Shown: piece by piece, positions 19,192 through 27,871 of the stretch
Position numbering within the stretch: position 1 is the stretch's first letter
How the letters are laid out: each line of letters begins with the position of its first letter
Position numbers and translations under genes: made by a program
Notes under the pieces: generated by a model
The model's input: the letters and a program-made list of their open reading frames with translations, nothing else
Database searches by the model: none
Told to the model about the DNA's origin: nothing
NCBI GenBank assembly: GCA_013911595.1
Contig: JACESY010000001.1
Coordinates: 1 to 58,701, forward strand
Direction: 5' to 3'
Length of the DNA: 58,701 bases
DNA from: Azoarcus sp.
GTDB lineage: Bacteria > Pseudomonadota > Gammaproteobacteria > Burkholderiales > Rhodocyclaceae

Positions 19192-20709
19192 TCAGTTGCC
19201 TCCATGGGGTACGGACTGCTTGCGGGGTGCCGCAAGATGCTTCGACAGGTGCCGCCACAGTTCCCAGGCGATCAACCCGACGATCAGGGCCGCGATCAGC
19301 ATTCGCGGCACGGTGTCGACGAACACGCCCCAGTCGTTCTGCGACAGCGACAGGGCGAGTCTTGCGTTCTGTTCGATGATCGGGCCGAGGATGATCCCCA
19401 GCACGACGGTCACAGTGGGAAAGCCGTGCGACTCCAGCAGCCAGCCAAGCACGCCGCAGCCCAGGGCCACCCACACCGGGAAAAAGTCATTCATGCTGGC
19501 GAAGGCGCCGAGCGTGGCGAGCACTAGGATGAACGGGAACAGCCAGCCCCGGTCCTTGCCGAGCACGCGCACAAACAGCGCGATCGATGGCCAGGCAATC
19601 AGGAACATGCACACGGTCGCCACCAGCAGCGAGGCCAGCAGGCCCCACACCAGCACCGGCTCGTCGCGCATCAGGGTCACGCCCGGTGCGACGCCGTGCA
19701 GGATCAGCGCACCCAGCATCACGGCCGTCGTGCCGTCGCCCGGAATGCCCAGGGTGAGCATGGGCACCATGGTTCCGCCACAGGCAGCGTTGTTGTTCGC
19801 TTCCGGCGCGAGAATTCCGTCCGGCTCGCCGGTGCCGAAGGCTTCCGGGTTCTTCGACTGGTTGCGCACCGTGCCGTAGGCCATCCAGGGTGACGCTTCC
19901 GCACCCACACCCGGAATCGCGCCGATGCCCACACCGTAGGCGCCACCGATGACGATGGCCCGCCAGCGCCCGAACACATCGCGCAGCTTGGGCAACACCA
20001 ATCGGACCTTTTTCGTCACCGCCGCGGTGGACGTGCCGATCAGCGCGGTGTCGCTGAGCACCACCGCAAAGCCGAAGAAGCCCACCAGCGCTGCGGCGAA
20101 AGGGATGCCCGACTGCAACTGGTAACTGCCAAAGGTGAATCGCTCGGTGCCGTCGACCGGATCGATGCCCACGGTCGAGATCAGCAGGCCCAGCATGATG
20201 CCGATCATCCCGCGCAGCATCGAGGCGCGGATGAAGGCCGTCACCATGATCAGCCCGAGCACCCCGATCAACGCGATGTCGGCGCTCGAGGCCTTCATCG
20301 CCACGGTGGCGAGCAGCGGTACGCAGGTGATTGCGATGAGCCAGCCGAAGATGCCGCCGAAGGTCGAACCCATGACCGCGTAGCCGAGCGCCAACCCGGC
20401 CTCGCCGCGCTGCGCCATGGGATAGCCGTCGAGCGCCGTGCACGCGCCGGCCGGCGTACCCGGCGTGCGCAGCAGGATTGCAGAGAACGAGCCGCCCAGC
20501 TTGGTGCCGACATAGACGCCCATCATCATCATCAGCGCCGGCAGGGTCGGAAACGAATAGGTCAGCGGCAGCAGCACGATGATGGCCATCGGCGAACTCA
20601 GACCCGGCAGTGCGCCGACGAAAATGCCCAGTGCCGTACCGACCGCGATCATCGCGATGCTGGTCGGCTCCAGCGTTGCAGCGAAACCCAGGAGGAGATC
20701 AGAGAACAT
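19192..20709 (-). CDS. tctA: TTT large permease (TctA family)
   Basis: VGALPGL, AILLRTPGTP, DGYPMA..G, PEANNNA, LTLGIPGD. Confidence 0.92.
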   Translation of the reverse strand: MFSDLLLGFAATLEPTSIAMIAVGTALGIFVGALPGLSSPMAIIVLLPLTYSFPTLPALMMMMGVYVGTKLGGSFSAILLRTPGTPAGACTALDGYPMAQRGEAGLALGYAVMGSTFGGIFGWLIAITCVPLLATVAMKASSADIALIGVLGLIMVTAFIRASMLRGMIGIMLGLLISTVGIDPVDGTERFTFGSYQLQSGIPFAAALVGFFGFAVVLSDTALIGTSTAAVTKKVRLVLPKLRDVFGRWRAIVIGGAYGVGIGAIPGVGAEASPWMAYGTVRNQSKNPEAFGTGEPDGILAPEANNNAACGGTMVPMLTLGIPGDGTTAVMLGALILHGVAPGVTLMRDEPVLVWGLLASLLVATVCMFLIAWPSIALFVRVLGKDRGWLFPFILVLATLGAFASMNDFFPVWVALGCGVLGWLLESHGFPTVTVVLGIILGPIIEQNARLALSLSQNDWGVFVDTVPRMLIAALIVGLIAWELWRHLSKHLAAPRKQSVPHGGN

Positions 20710-20720
20710 GGCTCAGCCCC

Positions 20721-21200
20721 TCAGCGCAGCGGCAGGTGGATAATTTCGATGAACAGCCAGTGCAGCGCCGCGGCTCCGCCGACCCCCAACAGCGTCACCC
20801 GCCACCACGGACGGCGTCCGTAGAAGAGCATGCACAGGATCAGGAATACGGCCGTGGCCACGAAGAACGGCACCCACGCCAGCGCCACCGTGTAGGCCCC
20901 CACCAGCAGCACGGTACCGACGATCAACACGGCCGCACGCAGACGGTCCGCAGGCTGTGCGGGCGCGTCCTCGGTGCTTTGCGATTCACGACCAAGTAGC
21001 CTGCGCATCAGTGTGCTTGCGATCATCAACGCACTCAGACCGATCAGCAGACTTGCGTAGATGATTGGTAAGGTCTGGGATTCGAGAATCCCGCGCGAGG
21101 CCAGCGCGGTCTTCTCGACCTGGCTGATGATGCCGATCGCACCTGCGCCGACAATGATGAATGCGCTCCCCAGCAACAAATCGCCAGCGATTCGTGGCAT
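20721..21200 (-). CDS. tctB: TTT small permease (TctB family)
   Basis: About 4-5 TM, C-terminal LF...IHLPLR; first gene of the operon. Confidence 0.8.
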   Translation of the reverse strand: MPRIAGDLLLGSAFIIVGAGAIGIISQVEKTALASRGILESQTLPIIYASLLIGLSALMIASTLMRRLLGRESQSTEDAPAQPADRLRAAVLIVGTVLLVGAYTVALAWVPFFVATAVFLILCMLFYGRRPWWRVTLLGVGGAAALHWLFIEIIHLPLR

Positions 21201-21278
21201 TGCAGTCCCCTGTTGGTGTGGTTCTCTCTCGTTCTTGTCGGCCTGCTCGTTGCGCCGGCGGCCGTTTGTGTTTTAAAC

Positions 21279-21294
21279 ACTATAGCTATATAGT
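21279..21294. promoter_or_regulatory. AT-rich palindromic operator candidate for the HutC-type regulator
   Basis: ACTATA-GCTA-TATAGT in the divergent intergenic region. Confidence 0.5.
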
Positions 21295-21359
21295 TTTAAC
21301 TGTCAACGTTCTCTCCGCAGCAACCGCGACCGGCGGCCAACGCGACACGAGGAGTGAAG

Positions 21360-22127
21360 ATGTCCGACCCCGAACTGAGCGAAGTGCTGCGGCGCTACGC
21401 GCCCGACGATCTGGCCGGCCTGCCCAAGTACGCACGCTTGCGCGAGACGCTGATGCGCGCCATTGACGACGGCTACTGGAAACCGCTCGATCAGTTGCCC
21501 AAGGAAATGGCGCTGGCGGAGAACTCGCCCTACAGCCTCGGCACCGTGCAGAAGGCCTTGCGGGATCTGGTGCAGAGCGGCGTCGTCGTGCGCCGCCAGG
21601 GGCACGGCACCTTCGTCGCCCAGCGCGAAGGCGTGATGGCGGGACCCCGCCACCTGCTGTTCGAGGACGACGCCGGCGAGCCGCTCGCGCTGTTCCCGCG
21701 GCTGGTTGCCCAGGAGCGGGACGACGGCGCCACGGTGGACTGGCGACGCCATCTGGGCGAGTCGGTTCGCGAGGTCGTGCGCCTGGACCGCATCTTCTCG
21801 GTCGCGCACCAGTTCGAATGCTGCAGCCGCTTCTACATCGACGCGACGCGCTACCCCGTCTTCGCCAGCGCGCAGATGGAAGGCTTCCAGACAATGAACT
21901 TCAAGGACATCCTGCGCCGCGAATACAATGTCGTGATCGAGCGCAGCAGCCGAACCGTGCGCGTCACGACACTGCCGCAAGACGTCGGCGCCATGCTCTC
22001 CGCCGAGCCCGGCATCACCGGCGCCATCATCGACTTCGTCACCTTCGCTGGCGACGGCCAGGCGGTCTACTACCAGCAGGCCTTCGTCCCGCCCAACCCC
22101 TACGCGCTGCGCATAGAGTCGCGCTGA
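21360..22127 (+). CDS. GntR family regulator, HutC/UTRA type
   Basis: PKYARL...I.DG.W...QLP.E..LA....SLGTVQKAL..L...G.V.RRQG.GTFV; UTRA-like C-terminus. Confidence 0.88.
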   Translation: MSDPELSEVLRRYAPDDLAGLPKYARLRETLMRAIDDGYWKPLDQLPKEMALAENSPYSLGTVQKALRDLVQSGVVVRRQGHGTFVAQREGVMAGPRHLLFEDDAGEPLALFPRLVAQERDDGATVDWRRHLGESVREVVRLDRIFSVAHQFECCSRFYIDATRYPVFASAQMEGFQTMNFKDILRREYNVVIERSSRTVRVTTLPQDVGAMLSAEPGITGAIIDFVTFAGDGQAVYYQQAFVPPNPYALRIESR

Positions 22128-22135
22128 AACCCACC

Positions 22136-22167
22136 GCGTCATCGCCGCCCGCAGGCGGCGATGACGC
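22136..22167. terminator. 14-bp hairpin between convergent genes
   Basis: GCGTCATCGCCGCC-CGCA-GGCGGCGATGACGC; no clear U-tract. Confidence 0.55.
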
Positions 22168-22169
22168 TA

Positions 22170-23453
22170 TCAGCGGGTGAGGCCGAGCAGATCCGGCACC
22201 AGGGTGGTGATCGGCGCATAGAACGCGATCAACATCAGCACGCCAAAGATCACCACGTAGAACGGCAGCAGCGCACGGATGATTCGCCCGAGCGAAAGCC
22301 CGCTGATCGCCGAACCGACGAACAGGCAAACCCCGACCGGCGGTGATACGTGACCAAAGGCCAGCGCCGTCACGGAGACGATGCCGAAGTGCAGCGGATC
22401 GATGCCCATCTGCATCGCCACCGGAAAAAGGATGGGCACGGCAATGATCAACGCCTCGGTGGGAGCCAGGAAACACCCGAGGAAGATCATCATCGCCACA
22501 TACACGGCGAGAAAGGCGAACGGCGTAAGCCCCATCGCGCCGAGCAGTTCGGCGATCTGGAACGGAACGCGATCGAAGGCCATCAGCCAGGCGTACAGCG
22601 CCGCCATCGCAATGATCAGCAGCACCACGCCGGTAAGCTTCACCGTTTCGAACAGAATCGTCGGCACGATTGACCACTTCAGGTCACGGTAGTAATACAT
22701 CGAAACCAGGAAGCCGTAGACCGATGCGAGTGCAGCGGTTTCGGTCGCCGTGGCCACACCGCCGACGATGCCGCCGATGATCATCACCGGCATGGCCAGC
22801 GCCGGAAGCGCCGTCGCGACGATATGGACCTTCTCCGACCAGGATGTCTGCGGTGCGATCGGATAGCCCTTGCGCACCGAGATGACCCAACCGAGCAGGA
22901 TCATCGACGCGCCGATCAGCAACCCCGGCAGGTAGCCCGCAGCGAAGATGCTCGCGATCGAGGTTTCCGTAACCCAGCAATAGACGATCATGATGATGCT
23001 GGGTGGGATGATCGCCCCCAGCGGCGACGAGATGACCGTGATCGCGGTCGCGAAGGCCTTGTCGTAACCCTGCTTTTCCATCGACGGAATCATCACGCTG
23101 CCGACCGCCGAGGTATCGGCCGCGGCAGAGCCCGAGATGCCTCCGAACAGCATGCTGGCGAGCACGTTGGCCGAGCCCAGCCCGCCCCGACTGCGGCCGA
23201 CGAGGATGTTCGCCACGCTCACCAGACGATCGCCCATGCCGCCGTAGCTGAGCACGTTGCCGGCAAGAATGAACAGCGGAATGCACACCAGCACCGACGC
23301 ATCCACGATGGCCGGCAGCACCCGCTGGGCGATCACGATGACCGACAGGTCGCTCACCATGATGGCCGCAAGTGCGGCAACTCCGAGGCTGAAGGTAATC
23401 GGAATGCCGATCACGATGCAGATCAAGAAGGTCGCGAACAGCGCCAATGTCAT
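22170..23453 (-). CDS. TRAP transporter large permease (DctM family)
   Basis: IPLFILAG, FGGISGSAAAD, IIPPSI, TATETA, GIDPLHFG, SPPVG. Confidence 0.93.
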   Translation of the reverse strand: MTLALFATFLICIVIGIPITFSLGVAALAAIMVSDLSVIVIAQRVLPAIVDASVLVCIPLFILAGNVLSYGGMGDRLVSVANILVGRSRGGLGSANVLASMLFGGISGSAAADTSAVGSVMIPSMEKQGYDKAFATAITVISSPLGAIIPPSIIMIVYCWVTETSIASIFAAGYLPGLLIGASMILLGWVISVRKGYPIAPQTSWSEKVHIVATALPALAMPVMIIGGIVGGVATATETAALASVYGFLVSMYYYRDLKWSIVPTILFETVKLTGVVLLIIAMAALYAWLMAFDRVPFQIAELLGAMGLTPFAFLAVYVAMMIFLGCFLAPTEALIIAVPILFPVAMQMGIDPLHFGIVSVTALAFGHVSPPVGVCLFVGSAISGLSLGRIIRALLPFYVVIFGVLMLIAFYAPITTLVPDLLGLTR

Positions 23454-23908
23454 GACCGGCTCCCTTTCCAGGCGGCCGCGACATGGGCCAGTTCGTAATG
23501 GATCATCAGCACTGCACTGAAGGGCAGCGCCGCGTAGAAGAAGCTCATCGGCATCTCCAGCGCGGCCGATAGCTGATCGTGCACGAGCGCCGTCATCTTC
23601 CATCCGGCATACACGAGCACGGCGAGAAATCCGGCCACCACCACACCGATGGCGGCGATCCACACGCGCCGAAGTGCGGGCGGACACAACTCGACAAGGA
23701 AGGTCAGGCCGATATGCCCGCGATGCTTGAGCGCCACCGCGGCGCCCAGAAAGCACAGCCAGGTAAATGCCAGAGAAATGATTTCGTCACTCCACGTGAG
23801 GGGTTGCTCCAGCACGTAGCGCGTGAACACCTGTACCGACATCAACAGGGCGATCACGACAAGCAGCGCCCCGCACACGGCTTCGACCGCAAGCAGCCGT
23901 TTCCACAT
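23450..23908 (-). CDS. TRAP transporter small permease (DctQ family)
   Basis: QVFTRYV...L.WSDEI....F.WL.FLGA......HI; GGAG RBS upstream of ATG 23908. Confidence 0.9.
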   Translation of the reverse strand: MWKRLLAVEAVCGALLVVIALLMSVQVFTRYVLEQPLTWSDEIISLAFTWLCFLGAAVALKHRGHIGLTFLVELCPPALRRVWIAAIGVVVAGFLAVLVYAGWKMTALVHDQLSAALEMPMSFFYAALPFSAVLMIHYELAHVAAAWKGSRS

Positions 23909-23976
23909 CGTATGCACTCCTTGGGCCGGGGCATCTGCGCGCTCGCAGGCACCCCGGTGTGAGTCGAAGTCGCGTC

Positions 23977-24972
23977 TCAGTCCTTGCGGATCTGCTCGAC
24001 GAGGCTGTAGGCCTCATCGCCGAACTCCTTGCGGAACTTCTCGTAGACGGGTGCGACGGCCTCGCGCAGCGGCCCGATGTCGGGACGCGTGACCTGCACA
24101 CCATGGCTGGCGAGCGTGTCATTCATCTTGCGATCCTCGTCGAGGATGATCTGGCGCTCGAAAGTGGAAGACGCGTCGGCCGCCTGCATGACCCACTCGC
24201 GTTGCTGCTCGCTGAGCTTCTTCCAGCGCGACTCGGCGATGTGCAACGGCTGGATCGAATAGACATAATTCACCATCGCCACGTGCGGCGCCGACTCATA
24301 GAATTTCTTCGACACATAGGTGTTGATGGCGCCTTCCGCACCGTCCACGAGACCGGTCTGCAGGGCAGAATAGACTTCGCCGAAAGGCAACGGCGTGGGG
24401 ATCGCACCGAGCGACTTCCACGTCGCGAGGTAGTACGGGTCCTCCATGGTGCGCACCTTCTTGCCCTGGAAGTCGGGCAGGTTCTCGACCTCGCTGCGAC
24501 CGTAGTAGCTGCGCGCCCCGCCAATCCAGTATGCGACCGGTCGGATGCCCTTGCCGATCAGCTTCTCGCCCAGCGAACCGCGGATCTCCGGGTCGTCCAT
24601 GACACGGAATGCGTCCTCGTAGCTGTCGAACAGGAAGGGCAGGGAGAACACCTGGTAGTTGGTGCTGAACTTGCTCGTCAGCGCCGACGTGACGGTGACC
24701 AGATCGAGCGAACCGATCTGCAGTGCCTCGAGCAGGTCACGCTCGTTGCCCATCACGCCGTTCGGAAAGATCTGCACCTCCATCTTGCCGCCGGACACCT
24801 CCTTCAGGGTTTCGGCGAACTTCACCGAGCCCTTGTGGAAGGCATGCGTCTCGGGCTGCACGTGGGCGAGCTTGAGCGTGACCTCGGGGTTGGCCTGGGC
24901 CACGCCGGTGAAGGTCGCCGCGGCGGTAACGAGGCACGCCGCCAGGGTCTTGATGCGAGTCCGGATTTTCAT
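23977..24972 (-). CDS. TRAP substrate-binding protein (DctP family)
   Basis: Signal peptide, FPNGVMG.E, G.K.RTM, PTPLPFGEVYSALQTG.VDGAE. Confidence 0.93.
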   Translation of the reverse strand: MKIRTRIKTLAACLVTAAATFTGVAQANPEVTLKLAHVQPETHAFHKGSVKFAETLKEVSGGKMEVQIFPNGVMGNERDLLEALQIGSLDLVTVTSALTSKFSTNYQVFSLPFLFDSYEDAFRVMDDPEIRGSLGEKLIGKGIRPVAYWIGGARSYYGRSEVENLPDFQGKKVRTMEDPYYLATWKSLGAIPTPLPFGEVYSALQTGLVDGAEGAINTYVSKKFYESAPHVAMVNYVYSIQPLHIAESRWKKLSEQQREWVMQAADASSTFERQIILDEDRKMNDTLASHGVQVTRPDIGPLREAVAPVYEKFRKEFGDEAYSLVEQIRKD

Positions 24973-24986
24973 TGTCTTGTCTCCTC

Positions 24987-25679
24987 TCAATTGAACATCT
25001 TTGTGACGATGTTTCTGGCGCCGTCGAGATGCTCCCTGAGCATCGCGACAGCGCCGTTGGTATCGCCGGCCTTGAGCAGCTCGACCAGCCGGCGATGTTC
25101 CTGCGAACCGTGTTCCGCCCATTCCGGGTCTTCCAGCGAATACAGCCGGAAACGGGTGATCGAGTCGTAGACGGAATCGATGAACTGCCGCAGACGGCGG
25201 TTGTTCAATACCGACACGAAGATCATGTGGAACTCGGTGTTGATCTCGCGCAGGGCACGCGTGTCACGACGTTCGAGGGCCGCCTCCTGGCGTGCGATGC
25301 ACGCTTCGAGACGTTCGATGAGATCTGTGCGATCCGGCGTGATGCGCCGGAGTGCCTCGGATTCGACGATGAAACGGATGTCGTAGATCTCGTCGATGTC
25401 CTCGGCGCTGGGCACGGAGACGATGACCTTGCGACCGGGCAACATGGTCACGAGGTTTTCCTGCTCCAGAACCCTCAGCGCTTCCCGCACCGGTGTACGA
25501 CTCACGGACAGCTGGGTCGCAATGCGGTTTTCGCTGAGCAGTTCGCCCGGTTTCAGCACGCCGTCGAGAATCGCCTGCTTGAGCCGCGTGAGCACGGCCA
25601 CACGCAGCGGCACGTACGCGTCGAAATCCTCCAGCGGAGCAAGGTTCATCGGCGTATCGGCAGTCGTCTCGGCACTCAT
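24987..25679 (-). CDS. GntR family regulator (FCD domain)
   Basis: ILDG.LKPGE.LSE..IA..L.VSRTPVREAL; N.EFH; EH. Confidence 0.9.
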   Translation of the reverse strand: MSAETTADTPMNLAPLEDFDAYVPLRVAVLTRLKQAILDGVLKPGELLSENRIATQLSVSRTPVREALRVLEQENLVTMLPGRKVIVSVPSAEDIDEIYDIRFIVESEALRRITPDRTDLIERLEACIARQEAALERRDTRALREINTEFHMIFVSVLNNRRLRQFIDSVYDSITRFRLYSLEDPEWAEHGSQEHRRLVELLKAGDTNGAVAMLREHLDGARNIVTKMFN

Positions 25680-25760
25680 TCTGAATTTCCTCGTCGGTCG
25701 TGGGTGAAGACCCGGGCGGGTCCAAGCATAACCAAGAACCCGCCCGCGCCTTCAGGCGAT

Positions 25761-27107
25761 TCAGGCAAACCGGTCGCCGAGGAACACACCCTGCTCTAGC
25801 AACGTTTTCTGCAACGCGCCCACGTCCAGCTCCGGAATGCCTGTACCGGCCGCGGCCGCCTGCGCCGCGGCGACGCCGGCGGCCTGCCCCGACACCAGAC
25901 ACGGCGCCATGTTGCGCGTCGCGCCGAAGGCCATGTGCGTGGCCGAAAGGCAGCGCCCGGCCACGATCACGTTGTCGAGGTCACGCGGCACCAGCGAGCG
26001 GAACGGAATGTCGAAGGCCCCGTCGTCGCCGATCGGGAAGAAGCTCGCCTGGCCGGTATCCGGATCGTGGATATCGATCGGGAAGCACACCTGGCCGATG
26101 GTGTCGTCGAACTTGCGCCCTTCCAGGGCATCGTCGTCGGTGATCTGGTAGAGCCCCTCGATCACGCGTGTCTGGCGCACCTGGGCGAAGCCCGCCGGCA
26201 CCAGATAGGCGTTCTCGAAACCCGGCACATGCTGCTTGAGGAAGCCGCCGATGCGCTCGGCCTGACGGGTCAGTTCGACCGCGGCACGCGAGAGCTGGAT
26301 CGGGTCGGTGCCGTCGATGCCGAATACGGCCGAGGTATTCACGTTCACCTGGTCGGGCCACACGGTGTTGAAGAACACCATGTGGTCATCGTTCGGGAAG
26401 ATGCCCTGCTCGCGGATGACATCGTTCCAGCGGCTGAACGAGCCGCGGAAATAGACCGGGATCGGCTCGGGAAAATCAGGGCGCGTCGCCATCGCCGGTT
26501 CGGACACACCGATTGCATCGGCGATGCGGCGCGTATCGACACTGTGAAAGTGCAGCAGCATCGATACCGGCTGCATCTTGCCGGTCGCCTTCTCACCCTT
26601 CTGCACCGCGCCGCCGGCGTAGCTCACCAGGTCGGCATCGCCGCTGGCATCGAGATAGGCGCGTGCGCGGATCTTGCGGATCCCACCCTTGACGGCGGCA
26701 TGCACCTCGGTGATCTCGCGACCTTGCGTCTCGACGCCCACGACGTTGACGCCATAGAGGATCTGCACGCCCGCCTCGGCCAGCATTTCGGTCGACATGA
26801 TGCGGAAGTACTCGCCATCGACCGGCGTGATCGAATGGCAGAACCCGTCGGGGAACGGAATGTGGCCGACCGCACCGCCGCGTTCGATCATCCGGTCGAC
26901 CACTTCCTGCGCAATGCCGAACACGACCTGCCGGCCATTCTTGGTGATGTAGTTATGCAGGCACAAGCCGGTCGTCGCGTTGCCGCCGACGAAGGGGCGC
27001 GCCTCCAGCAAGATCGTTCGGGCGCCGCTACGTGCGGCCGCGGTCGCCGCCGCCACGCCCGTTACACCGCCGCCGACCACCAGCACATCGCAATCCAGAT
27101 CGCTCAT
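25761..27107 (-). CDS. FAD-dependent oxidoreductase (FAD_oxidored-type family)
   Basis: DVLVVGGG.TG.AAA.AAAR.GA, DASGDADL, IPFRSLVP..LDN..VAGRCLS, GQAAG. Confidence 0.88.
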   Translation of the reverse strand: MSDLDCDVLVVGGGVTGVAAATAAARSGARTILLEARPFVGGNATTGLCLHNYITKNGRQVVFGIAQEVVDRMIERGGAVGHIPFPDGFCHSITPVDGEYFRIMSTEMLAEAGVQILYGVNVVGVETQGREITEVHAAVKGGIRKIRARAYLDASGDADLVSYAGGAVQKGEKATGKMQPVSMLLHFHSVDTRRIADAIGVSEPAMATRPDFPEPIPVYFRGSFSRWNDVIREQGIFPNDDHMVFFNTVWPDQVNVNTSAVFGIDGTDPIQLSRAAVELTRQAERIGGFLKQHVPGFENAYLVPAGFAQVRQTRVIEGLYQITDDDALEGRKFDDTIGQVCFPIDIHDPDTGQASFFPIGDDGAFDIPFRSLVPRDLDNVIVAGRCLSATHMAFGATRNMAPCLVSGQAAGVAAAQAAAAGTGIPELDVGALQKTLLEQGVFLGDRFA

Positions 27108-27171
27108 CGATCACTCCTGTCGAATCCGTCAAAGGTCAGGGAGTGCAGAAACACACGCATCCCTGTGTGCC

Positions 27172-27179
27172 TGTATACA
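27172..27179. promoter_or_regulatory. GntR/FadR-type operator candidate
   Basis: TGTATACA palindrome about 65 bp upstream of the operon that contains the GntR gene. Confidence 0.5.
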
Positions 27180-27871
27180 AGTGTATCGAAATGAGATTGT
27201 CAACCGTTGCTTGCGAGAAGGTCAGTGCCTGGTACTTGCTGGGAAACGACGGAGCGATGCTCTTCGATTGGCGACGGACGGGCCGGAGGGGCTTCAACTC
27301 CGGTTCCGCGTCGACTTCAATGGAGGCCCTCCGACCGATGAATCTCGGCATACGGAGGCTCGGGCCTTCACCGCCCCCACCACCCGTGGCGGCGAACGAA
27401 GTCAACAAAGCTGGGAGTCGCCCGTGGCGCCGGACATCGACCAACCGCAAGCGGGACGCTCACGCACAGCAGCCGTCGGCTACACCAGAGAAGCCGAGGG
27501 GATCAGAATTCAGTCGGCGGTGACAACTGGGCCCGTGCGTCCGGCCGGGCCGGTACCGATCACGATGCAGTCTTGAATTCAATCTCTGGCAATGCCTGCT
27601 TCCGACGCGATGTAAGGCAGGAACACAGGGGATGAATGCGGCGCGGTCGTCAGCCTCGCAATGTGAACAGTGCGTTGCGCAGGCTTCGTCGGCCTGCTCG
27701 GCAGTCACGTGGCGCCGCTTGAAGAAGAGGCGAGGAAGATCGCGTCCGGCAGGCAACGGCCGGTGGCGCGCGACCGCGCCGACCCGCAAGCGCAACGCCC
27801 GGGGTCGGCGAACTGACGTCACGGCCCGCCTTGGTCAGAAGGCCGAGGCCCCGGGCGTGCTCTGCGCCTTA

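Noticed and set aside
27190-27870. Short ORFs and weak hairpins in the long intergenic region
   Set aside because: No RBS, motif or clear structure to support a gene or ncRNA; possibly decayed sequence
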